Positions 42,246 through 50,217 of a stretch of 64,000 nt of DNA are shown in pieces; within the stretch, counting starts at the first letter, position 1, and each line of letters starts with the position of its first letter. Position numbers and translations under genes: made by a program. The notes beneath the pieces are model-generated. The model was given only the letters and a program-made list of their open reading frames with translations, was not told where the DNA came from and did no database searches. The stretch comes from Bauldia sp. (lineage in GTDB: Bacteria; Pseudomonadota; Alphaproteobacteria; Rhizobiales; Kaistiaceae): the NCBI GenBank assembly GCA_026126025.1, contig JAHCJZ010000001.1:333937-397936 (forward strand), written 5' to 3'.

Positions 42246-42509
42246 TCAGGCAGCCGCCGCCGAAGCGCCGCCCGCGCGGTCGACATAGCGTGCGATGGCA
42301 TCGATCGAATCGAGGTTCTCGGGGACGATGTCGGCGTCCGCCATCGCCACGCCGAACGTGCCTTCGAGGAAGGCGACGAGCTCCAGGACGCCGGTGGAGT
42401 CGATGAGCCCGGCATCGAGCAGCGACTCGTCGTCGGCGACCGTTTCGCGGTCGTCGCGGTAGAGGAAATTGTCGGCGATGAAGGCTCGGATCTGGGCCTT
42501 GATGTCCAT
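42246..42509 (-). CDS. Acyl carrier protein (free-standing)
   Basis: 87 aa from ATG 42509: MDIKAQIRAFIADNF...LLDAGLIDSTGVLELVAFLE. The DS motif is the phosphopantetheine attachment site. GGGAG lies 8 nt upstream. Confidence 0.85.
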   Translation of the reverse strand: MDIKAQIRAFIADNFLYRDDRETVADDESLLDAGLIDSTGVLELVAFLEGTFGVAMADADIVPENLDSIDAIARYVDRAGGASAAAA

Positions 42510-42526
42510 GTGTCGTGCTCCCGTGG

Positions 42527-44485
42527 TCAGGCCGCCGCGCTTCCGAGGCCGGCCGCGCCGGCGCTCGTGAAAGCGCTCTGCCAAAGCTGGGTGGTGAGGA
42601 TGCCGAGGAACGCCATGTTGTCGCGGAAGCCGACCTCGCCCTGGCGCCGGCATTTGGCGACGAGGCGTTCGGTGGCGCGGGGGTCGAACACACCGCCGGC
42701 CGCGATCGCCGCCGGCGCGAGCTGCTCGGCGACATAGGCCGGCGCGGTCGCGCCGACGAAGGGCACTGTCTCCGGCGCGCGATAGGGCTGCTTCACCCGG
42801 TTGCCGATCGCGGGCGGCAGGATGTCCTTCACCGCTTCGCGGAGGATGTGCTTCTCGCGCAGCCCGCGGAGCTTGAGCCGCGGCGGGATGCGGGACGCGA
42901 ACTCGACCACCCGGTGGTCGAGGAACGGGAAGCGGCCCTCGACGGCATGCGCCATCGACACCCGGTCGCCCTGCGAGGACAGGATGTAGCCGGGGAGGAG
43001 ATGCGCGGTTTCGAGATACTGCGCCTGCGCCAGCGGATGCCAGCGCGCGAAGCGCTCCGGCAGTTGGTTGCGGAAATCCTCCAGCGCGTCGTAGCCCGCG
43101 AGCCGGCCGCGCAGCGCCTCGCCGAAGAACACCTTCGCCCCCGCCGTCGTGCGGAAGCGCGGCAGGTGCGAGTAGAGCGGGTCGGCAAGATCGTTCGCGC
43201 CGCCGCCGAAGAAGGACTGGAGATAGGCCGGCGACTGGCTCTGCAGCCGCGGCAGATAGGGATAGAGCCGCTGCAGCAGGAGATGCCGCCACGCCGAGCC
43301 GGGCTGCCGCGCGTTGAAGCGGCGGACCTTCGCTTCCTTGAAGATGTCGTAGCCGGCGAACACCTCGTCGGCGCCTTCGCCGGTGAGGACAACCTTGTAG
43401 CCGCTCGCCCTCACATGCCCGGACAGCGCGAACAGCGGCACCGGCGAGGTGCGCAGGATCGGCCGCTCGGTGGCGCGGATCACGTCGGGGAGGGCGGCGC
43501 CGATCGCGGCGGTGGTGGCGCAGAGCGACGTGTGGTCGGTGCCGAGTGCGCGGACCATCTCCTGCTGCGGTCCGGTCTCGTCATATTCGGGCGACTCGAA
43601 CGTCACCGAGAAGGTGCGGAGCCGGTCCGCGACCTCGTTCTTCGCCATCGCCGCGACGATCGAGGAATCGAGGCCGCCGCTGAGATAGGAGCCGACGGGA
43701 ACGTCGGCGCGGAGGCGGATGCGGCACGCATCATCGAGAAGCGAGCGGAGCTCCGCCGCGATCTCCGTCTCGTCGCGCCGGTCATAGGCGTCCGCGTCGC
43801 TGGCATCGGGATAGTCGAGCTGCCAGTAGCGGCGAATGCTCGTCGCGCCGTTCTCGACCACCATGAGATGGCCGGGGAGCAGTTCCTCGATGCCCGCGAA
43901 GGGCGTTCGCGGCGCGAGCGGGAACCAGAAGGTGAAGATCTGATCGAGCGCAACCGGGTCGAGCGCAGCCGGCATGCCGGGCACGGCCAGCAGCGCCTTG
44001 ATCTCCGACGCGAAATAGAGACAGCCGCGATGGCTCGTGTGGAAGAGGGGGCGCACGCCCATCCGGTCGCGCGCGATCAGGAGCCGCTGCTCGCGCGAGT
44101 CCCACAGGGCGAAGGCGAAGTCACCGTTGAGCCGGGTGACGCAGTCCGGCCCCATCGCGCGATAGAGCTCGAGAATGACCTCGGTGTCGGAGCGGCTGTG
44201 GAAGACGTGGCCGCGCGCGACGAGCTCGTCGCGGATCTCGACATAGTTGAAGATCTCGCCGTTGAAGGTGATGGTCAGCCGGCCGTCATGGCTCGCCATC
44301 GGCTGCGCGCCGCCGGCGACGTCGATGATGCTGAGGCGGGCATGCGCGAGACCGACCTGGCCGTCGACGAACACGCCGCTGCCGTCCGGCCCGCGATGGC
44401 GGACTGCGCCGATCATGTCCTGGAGAAGCCGCCCGGGCGGGGTCGCCGGCACTGACGGGCCGAAGAACCCTGCAATGCCGCACAT
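42527..44485 (-). CDS. Asparagine synthase-family glutamine amidotransferase (AsnB-like)
   Basis: 652 aa. It has the MCGIAG N-terminal nucleophile Cys2, a GATase-2 domain and the PP-loop SYLSGGLDSS. Confidence 0.92.
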   Translation of the reverse strand: MCGIAGFFGPSVPATPPGRLLQDMIGAVRHRGPDGSGVFVDGQVGLAHARLSIIDVAGGAQPMASHDGRLTITFNGEIFNYVEIRDELVARGHVFHSRSDTEVILELYRAMGPDCVTRLNGDFAFALWDSREQRLLIARDRMGVRPLFHTSHRGCLYFASEIKALLAVPGMPAALDPVALDQIFTFWFPLAPRTPFAGIEELLPGHLMVVENGATSIRRYWQLDYPDASDADAYDRRDETEIAAELRSLLDDACRIRLRADVPVGSYLSGGLDSSIVAAMAKNEVADRLRTFSVTFESPEYDETGPQQEMVRALGTDHTSLCATTAAIGAALPDVIRATERPILRTSPVPLFALSGHVRASGYKVVLTGEGADEVFAGYDIFKEAKVRRFNARQPGSAWRHLLLQRLYPYLPRLQSQSPAYLQSFFGGGANDLADPLYSHLPRFRTTAGAKVFFGEALRGRLAGYDALEDFRNQLPERFARWHPLAQAQYLETAHLLPGYILSSQGDRVSMAHAVEGRFPFLDHRVVEFASRIPPRLKLRGLREKHILREAVKDILPPAIGNRVKQPYRAPETVPFVGATAPAYVAEQLAPAAIAAGGVFDPRATERLVAKCRRQGEVGFRDNMAFLGILTTQLWQSAFTSAGAAGLGSAAA

Positions 44486-44633
44486 TTATGATTAACTCCG
44501 CCTCATCATCCCGCGTGCCCAGCAGGACAGGCGAACTCTTACGCCGCGCAATTTTCCCGGCAACGACAGATCGAAATCAAAGTAAACTTCTGGACTAATT
44601 CGCGGTTTTAACGATTGCCGAAGTGCTTTTGAT

Positions 44634-45728
44634 TCAATTGAATGCGCCGCCGATCAGCCGGCTCCACGACTCACCCGCAAGCCCCGTGACCACCGCGTCG
44701 GGGCGCGACAGCGCGGCGACCAGCGCCGGGTCGCGCGCCGCCGCGGTCATCGCCGCGCGGCGGTAGAGGATCGCGTGCCGGCGCAGCAGCGCCTCGAGAA
44801 AGGCGGGCTGCGTCCGTCCGCGGACCGCGGCATAGCCTTCCGCATAAGCGTGCGCGAAGAGGTCCTCGACGACGCGCTCGGCTTCGCCCGGGCGCGCGAT
44901 CATCTGCATCACCCAGGCGATTCCGCGCGGTTCGGCATAGTAGAGAACGCAGCCCGCGAGCTCTCCCTTGCGACCCGGAACCAGCCGGCGATGCAGCGTG
45001 CCGCGATGCTCCTTCAGCCGGGCCTGGCCGAGGAACCAGCGCAGCACGTCGGGCTCCCAGCCCGGGTGGAGGCTCAGGCTGTCGGCGAGCGCGATCAGCT
45101 GCGGCACCAACTCCTCCTCGCTGACCTCGTGACCCGGATGCTTCGGCGCGGGCTCCTCGGGGACGAGCGCGCCGCGCGCGACGGCACGGGCGAGGCGGTC
45201 GATGCCCCAGGCGAACGGCCGGAGCGCGACGGCGGCCCTGGTTCTGCCTTCCGCAAGCGCCGAAGCGAGGCGGCCGGGCCGGAAGACGCGCATCCAGTCC
45301 ATGCTGAGCGCGGCGATGGTGGTGCCGCCCATCTTGTCCCACATGCGCTGCGACAGCGGGTTCGACGTCTCGGAGAGCGAAATGTCCTGCGGCCCCGTGA
45401 GGAAGGCGCGCAGGAGCCGCGCGCCCGCGAGCGGATCTTCGCGCGGCGCGTCGACCATCAGCGATCCCGCAATGCCCGCCTTCAGCGGACGTCCGTCGAG
45501 AACGAGCCGGAGCGGCATCACGCCGATGAACCCGTTCACCGCGCCGGTCGGCGCGACATGGACGTGGGACGCGATTCCTTCCTCCTGCCACGGGTGGCGG
45601 AGGAACACCGTCTCCAGATGCTCGGCCAGCGAAGCCGGCGCAGCCCGGCGGCCGTCGCCGAACGTCTTCTCGAAGAGCGCGGCGACCGCCGGAACGTCAC
45701 CGGCGGCGAAGGGGCGTACTGAAGTCAT
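44634..45728 (-). CDS. Probable GNAT-family acyltransferase, large two-domain form
   Basis: ATG at 45728: MTSVRPFAAGDVPAVAALFEKTF..., a typical GNAT N-terminus. At 364 aa it resembles the Eis-like extended GNATs. This assignment rests on weak motif recognition only. Confidence 0.55.
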   Translation of the reverse strand: MTSVRPFAAGDVPAVAALFEKTFGDGRRAAPASLAEHLETVFLRHPWQEEGIASHVHVAPTGAVNGFIGVMPLRLVLDGRPLKAGIAGSLMVDAPREDPLAGARLLRAFLTGPQDISLSETSNPLSQRMWDKMGGTTIAALSMDWMRVFRPGRLASALAEGRTRAAVALRPFAWGIDRLARAVARGALVPEEPAPKHPGHEVSEEELVPQLIALADSLSLHPGWEPDVLRWFLGQARLKEHRGTLHRRLVPGRKGELAGCVLYYAEPRGIAWVMQMIARPGEAERVVEDLFAHAYAEGYAAVRGRTQPAFLEALLRRHAILYRRAAMTAAARDPALVAALSRPDAVVTGLAGESWSRLIGGAFN

Positions 45729-45958
45729 GCGGAATTCGCGGTTGGGCGAAGTCAGCTTCGCGCGGCCACCATGCACCGCCGCTGGTTACAGAATCGGAAT
45801 CTTGATCGTAGAAAGTGCGGTCGCGGGCGTCCCACCTCTCGCGCACAGGGCGCCGGCCGACTCAGCACCCCCAGAATCACCCGGACTTGCAGCACGTCCG
45901 CTTGGCCAGCGAAGTCTTAGACTTCGCAACTTGTCCACAGGGCCGCCGGTTTCCGGGA

Positions 45959-46051
45959 TGGCGGAGAGGAAGGGATTCGAACCCTCGATACAGCTTTTGA
46001 CCGTATACTCGCTTAGCAGGCGAGCGCCTTCGACCACTCGGCCACCTCTCC
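45959..46051 (-). tRNA. tRNA-Ser (anticodon GCU), CCA encoded
   Basis: The reverse complement folds as a cloverleaf. Acceptor GGAGAGG/CCTCTCC, anticodon stem CTCGC/GCGAG with loop CU-GCU-AA, a long variable arm, T-loop GGTTCGAATCC and a 3' GCCA. Confidence 0.93.
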
Positions 46052-46513
46052 CTCGGCGGGACTTAGCTTCCGGTGCCCGTTCGATCAAGGCCGGCGGGAG
46101 ATTGCCGCGGTTTCCGGGGGCGTCGGGGCGAAGAAAAAGTCCATCGAAGCCGCCTCATCTCCCGCTTTGGTAACGGAATGGAAAGGATCGCGCCGGGCCG
46201 TCCAGCGACATCGGCGGGTCCGCTTCGCGGCCAGTGATATTAGTGCAACAACGTCCGGCAATTGCTGTGATGCTGGGCAAAACCGGGCGTTTCGTCGTTG
46301 CGCGCAACCCACGCTCGGCTATCTTCCGGAGTGCAAATCGCGGGGCGACCTGCGCTTCGTGTTCGGCGGTTCGGATCACCCGGGGGTGGGGATCGTAATC
46401 CGGCGAATGGGTAGGGGACTGGGATACCTTCACAGGCGCTCTGATTACCGGATCCGTCCGGGAGCTTTGAGAAGACAAATCTGCCCCTGAATTGAACCTT
46501 TGGAGGTCAGGCA

Positions 46514-47719
46514 ATGAGACTTACGAAGCTTCTTCTCGGCTCTGCGGCGATCATGTTCGCCAGCGGGGCAGCTTATGCCGCCGATCCGGGCGCACCTGGC
46601 GTAGTCGTTCCGACGACCAGCTATGTCCCGCAGTGCGGCACCAACAACTCCGGCTGGCTGAAGGTCGGTGGTGCTCTCGAATGGTGCCTCACCTTCTCGG
46701 GCGGCGCCAGCTTCAGCTCGTCGTTCGGCATGGACATCGACTACGACGACGTTCCGACCGACGCGGTTTCGGTTCCGATCGGCACCGGCGGCTGGAGCGG
46801 GTTCAACCTTTCGAACTCGGTTCGCCTGGTGGCGTTCACGATGACCCCGGCCGGTCCGATGATCATCTCGATCCCGATCGACGGCAGCGGTGTTGAGTTC
46901 CTCACCATCGGCAGCTTCACCTTCACCGACAGCTACGTTTCGATGTGGCGGGCGGTTGGCTCGTTCTTCGTCGGCTTCAACGTCGTCGAGCCGGGTGACA
47001 CGTCGAACTTCTTCCTGCGTCCGGTCTTCGGTGCGCCGAGCATCGGCGGCGGGCTCCACACCACCTTCGCCGACGATGGCGCGATCAGCTACCTGCAGAA
47101 CGATGTTCCGCGGCTGCCGGATCTCGAAATCGTCTTCGGCATGGGCGGTACCCCGGCTGCGGGCGCTCCGATGGTTCGTGGCGGCTTCTACGTCGGCCAG
47201 CGTGAACTCGCTGCTACCGACTTCCTGATCTACGGCGCGCTGATCGACACCGGCTTCGTCGTCGGCCCGGCCACGGTCACCTTCGCGGCTCGTGTTGACC
47301 ACACGGTCATCGATCCGCTCGGTATCGCCAGCGGCCTCGCTCCGGTCATCGGCAACGCCTTCGGCGTCGGCGGTGGCGTGAGCTTCGCGGTCGGCGATCG
47401 CGCCAGCGTGTATGTCAACGCTGCCTTCGGTCGTAACAGTGGCGCCTACACCGGCTACCACCACGACGATCAGCCGGCCGGCAACTACCTGAACGTCGGC
47501 GGCGGCTTCGAGGTCGACATCACTGAGCAGTGGGCGTTCGGCTTCGACGCCAGCTTCGATCGCGGCCCGGTCGCGAACGACGGTGTCATCGAGCTCGGCG
47601 CTGGGCTGACCTTCAACCCCTTCGGCAACCTCGAGGTTACCCTTGGGGCCGATTGGAGCCGCACGCAGACCGGCGTGTCTGCCGCGAGCGCCGACTTCGG
47701 CGTCAGCGTCGGCTTCTAG
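46514..47719 (+). CDS. Porin (alphaproteobacterial Porin_2 / RopA-Omp2 type)
   Basis: Signal peptide MRLTKLLLGSAAIMFASGAAYA. It has the N-terminal Cys pair context (YVPQCG...WCLTFSGG) and ends with ...FGVSVGF. Confidence 0.82.
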   Translation: MRLTKLLLGSAAIMFASGAAYAADPGAPGVVVPTTSYVPQCGTNNSGWLKVGGALEWCLTFSGGASFSSSFGMDIDYDDVPTDAVSVPIGTGGWSGFNLSNSVRLVAFTMTPAGPMIISIPIDGSGVEFLTIGSFTFTDSYVSMWRAVGSFFVGFNVVEPGDTSNFFLRPVFGAPSIGGGLHTTFADDGAISYLQNDVPRLPDLEIVFGMGGTPAAGAPMVRGGFYVGQRELAATDFLIYGALIDTGFVVGPATVTFAARVDHTVIDPLGIASGLAPVIGNAFGVGGGVSFAVGDRASVYVNAAFGRNSGAYTGYHHDDQPAGNYLNVGGGFEVDITEQWAFGFDASFDRGPVANDGVIELGAGLTFNPFGNLEVTLGADWSRTQTGVSAASADFGVSVGF

Positions 47720-47744
47720 TCCGACCTTCACTGCAAGAGACAGA

Positions 47745-47773
47745 GGCCCGGCGGGTATCCCGCCGGGCCTTTT
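47745..47773 (+). terminator. Rho-independent terminator of the porin gene
   Basis: ggcccggcggg-tat-cccgccgggcc followed by tttt, 26 nt after the stop codon. Confidence 0.85.
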
Positions 47774-47894
47774 CATTTGGGTCGGCTTGCCACAGGCGCC
47801 GGCCTCCTTCCGCTCGACAGGACCGGCCGGGGGTCCTATTCCCAAGCCTTGCGGCGCGTCGCGCCGCGTGTGATGGCGCGTAATCGGACACCGG

Positions 47895-50072
47895 ATGTCG
47901 GACGGTGCGGAGCAGGGGGAAGACGAGGCCACCGGGTTCTTTCCGGGCCTGGTGCGACTCATCCGCGGCTGGCTGCTGCCGGCGGCGGTCGCTTCCACCC
48001 TCCTTGCCGGGGGCGCGGTGGCGCTGCGGCTCTCTGATGTCGAAGCCGACCTTGCCGAACGCGTCATGGCCCGCCTCGATCAGGGCGGCTACTCCTGGCT
48101 CACCGTGGAAGTCGACGGCCGCGCGATCGTGCTGAGCGGCACGGCGCCGTCGCTGGTCGAGCAGAGCGACGTCCGCGACGCAGTCGCCGCCGTCTGGGGC
48201 GTCGGCGCCATCGACGACCGCACCGACCTCATTCCCCTGGTCAACCCGTTCGACTGGGCCGCAGCCCGCGCCGGCAACACGATCACCCTGTCCGGCCACG
48301 TGCCGTCCGAGAGCGTGCGGGCCGCCCTTCACGCGCTCGTGGCGGCAAACCAGCCGCAGGGCCTTGTCGAGGACCGCACGACGCTGGCGCGCGGCGCACC
48401 GCCCGACTTCCAGCAGGCGGCGGAGTTTGGGCTGAGGCTGCTGGCGAACCTCGTCGACGGCACCGTTGCGCTGCTGGGCACCGAGCTTTCGGCGGAAGGC
48501 CTGTCGATCGACACCCCGCGCTACGAGAACGTGCTCGAGCTGGCCGAATCGGCGCGGCCTGCCGGCTACGCGCTGGCGCGGAACGCCATCCTGCCGCCGC
48601 GCGCCGACCCCTATGTGTGGTCGCTGACCTTCTTCGGCGACCGCGTCGTGATCCGCGGCGCGGTACCGAGTAACCTGCTGGCGACCTCGCTCGCCGCCGC
48701 CGTGTCGGTCGCAGTTCCGGACAAGCCCGTGGTCGACGAATCGCAGCTCGCCTCGGGGGCGCCCGAGCGGTTCGAGGCGGTGGCGCGCCATGCCCTGGCG
48801 CTCGCCGCCCACCTCGTCGATGGCGAGGTGACGCTGACCGGCACCCAGATCGGCATCTACGGCCGCGCCCGGACGCCCGAAAGCTACGAGACCCTCCTTG
48901 CGGTGCTGGCGGAACCGTCTCCCGAGGGGATGTCGATCACCTTCGACATCGTCCCGGCGCTGGCGCCCGCTTACGTGTTCGAGGCCGTCCGCGACGGCAT
49001 CGGCGTTCAGGTCATGGGGTTCATGCCGTCCGAGCAGGCGCGCGCCGACGTTCTCGCCGAGGCCAATGCCCTGTTCGGCGGCGCGGTCACCGACAACCTC
49101 CAGATCGCCGACGGTGCCCCGCGGATGGACTGGATCGGCGCCGCCAAATTCGCGCTCGGCCAGGTCTCGCGCCTCGGCGTCGGATCGGCGCGGATCGCCG
49201 ATCACCGCTATTTCGTCACCGGCTCGGCGGCGACCTCGGAGGGATACGAGACCATCACCAACCAGCTCGCCGCCGTGCTTCCCGCCAGCCTGGAGCTCGA
49301 TGAATCGCTGGTGCTGGCGCCGCTTGCCCAACCCTACCGGTTCACCGCCGCCGTCGGGCCCGACGCGGTGACGCTCGGCGGCAATGCGCCGACGGCCCGG
49401 ATCCGCGAGGCTTTCGTGGCGGCGGCGGCGATCCGTTTCGATCCGCTGCCGGTCAACGGCACGATCAGCCTCGCCAGCGGCGCGCCGGCCGGCTTCGACG
49501 CCGCGGTGCTCGCCGGCCTCCAGGCGATCAGCCGACTGGGGGCGGGACGGCTCGAGATCGTCGACACGAGGGTCTCGGTCGATGGGCTCGCACCCCATGA
49601 AGCGGCGGTGGATCGCATCGAGCAGCAGCTCGCGACGGCTCTCCCGGCTGGCTTCACGCGCGAGGCCGCGCTGACCGTGCAGCCGCCCGAAAGCCGCGTC
49701 ACGCCGGCGGAGTGCCAGTCGCTGCTCGACCAGGAACTCGGCGCCGGCACCGTCAAGTTCGCCGAGGGCGCCGCGACGATCGCGCCGGAAAGCCAAGGCC
49801 GCCTTGATCGCCTCGTCGCCATCATCCAGCGCTGCCCCGACGCCGAGGTCGAGATCGGCGGCCACACCGATGCGGGCGGCTCCAACGCCGTGAACCTGAC
49901 GCTCAGCCAGGCGCGCGCGGAGGCGGTCGTCGAGTATCTCGTCCAGGCCGGGGTTCAGGGTGACCGGCTTTCGGCCGTGGGCTATGGTGAGACAAGCCCT
50001 GTCGCCAGCAACGACACCGCAGAGGGGCGCGCACGCAACCGGCGGATTGAATTCACGATTCAGGAGCCCTGA
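47895..50072 (+). CDS. OmpA-family peptidoglycan-binding protein with N-terminal TM, BON-like domain and four internal ~120-aa repeats
   Basis: The C-terminus is an OmpA_C domain (VKFAEGAATI...GHTDAGGSNAVNLTLSQARAEAV..YL...GYGE..P.A.N......NRRIEF). The N-terminus has a BON-like segment (VEVDGRAIVLSGTAPS...VRDAV). Confidence 0.85.
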   Translation: MSDGAEQGEDEATGFFPGLVRLIRGWLLPAAVASTLLAGGAVALRLSDVEADLAERVMARLDQGGYSWLTVEVDGRAIVLSGTAPSLVEQSDVRDAVAAVWGVGAIDDRTDLIPLVNPFDWAAARAGNTITLSGHVPSESVRAALHALVAANQPQGLVEDRTTLARGAPPDFQQAAEFGLRLLANLVDGTVALLGTELSAEGLSIDTPRYENVLELAESARPAGYALARNAILPPRADPYVWSLTFFGDRVVIRGAVPSNLLATSLAAAVSVAVPDKPVVDESQLASGAPERFEAVARHALALAAHLVDGEVTLTGTQIGIYGRARTPESYETLLAVLAEPSPEGMSITFDIVPALAPAYVFEAVRDGIGVQVMGFMPSEQARADVLAEANALFGGAVTDNLQIADGAPRMDWIGAAKFALGQVSRLGVGSARIADHRYFVTGSAATSEGYETITNQLAAVLPASLELDESLVLAPLAQPYRFTAAVGPDAVTLGGNAPTARIREAFVAAAAIRFDPLPVNGTISLASGAPAGFDAAVLAGLQAISRLGAGRLEIVDTRVSVDGLAPHEAAVDRIEQQLATALPAGFTREAALTVQPPESRVTPAECQSLLDQELGAGTVKFAEGAATIAPESQGRLDRLVAIIQRCPDAEVEIGGHTDAGGSNAVNLTLSQARAEAVVEYLVQAGVQGDRLSAVGYGETSPVASNDTAEGRARNRRIEFTIQEP

Positions 50073-50079
50073 GGCAAAG

Positions 50080-50217
50080 GTGCTCTTCGTCCTGACCCAG
50101 TACTGGCCCTTCCTGATCGGGGCCGCGCTCATAGGCCTTCTGCTGGGCTGGTGGTTTGCGTCGCCCTTCGCGGCAGCGCCGCGCCGCAGCCGGCGGGGCG
50201 GGGGAGACGCCGCGTGA
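50080..50217 (+). CDS. Possible 45-aa single-TM peptide
   Basis: GTG at 50080: VLFVLTQYWPFLIGAALIGLLLGWWFASPF.... Its stop overlaps the GTG start of the next gene (GTGA). Coding status is uncertain. Confidence 0.35.
   Translation: MLFVLTQYWPFLIGAALIGLLLGWWFASPFAAAPRRSRRGGGDAA

Noticed and set aside
45729-45958. Hairpin gcgaagtc-ttag-acttcgc (about 45908-45930) downstream of tRNA-Ser as a terminator or attachment-site remnant.
   Set aside because: It is a short 7-bp stem without a U tract and without any repeat partner elsewhere in the window, so it cannot be distinguished from chance.
39466-46051. Calling the cassette a tRNA-associated genomic island.
   Set aside because: There is no integrase, transposase or phage gene. 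I could not find a direct repeat of the tRNA-Ser 3' end near 39.4-39.6 kb. Codon and GC style look like the rest of the window. Adjacency to the tRNA is noted, but island status is unsupported.
45786-46088. 100-aa ORF overlapping the tRNA-Ser gene.
   Set aside because: The region folds into a complete tRNA cloverleaf with CCA. The ORF is an artefact.
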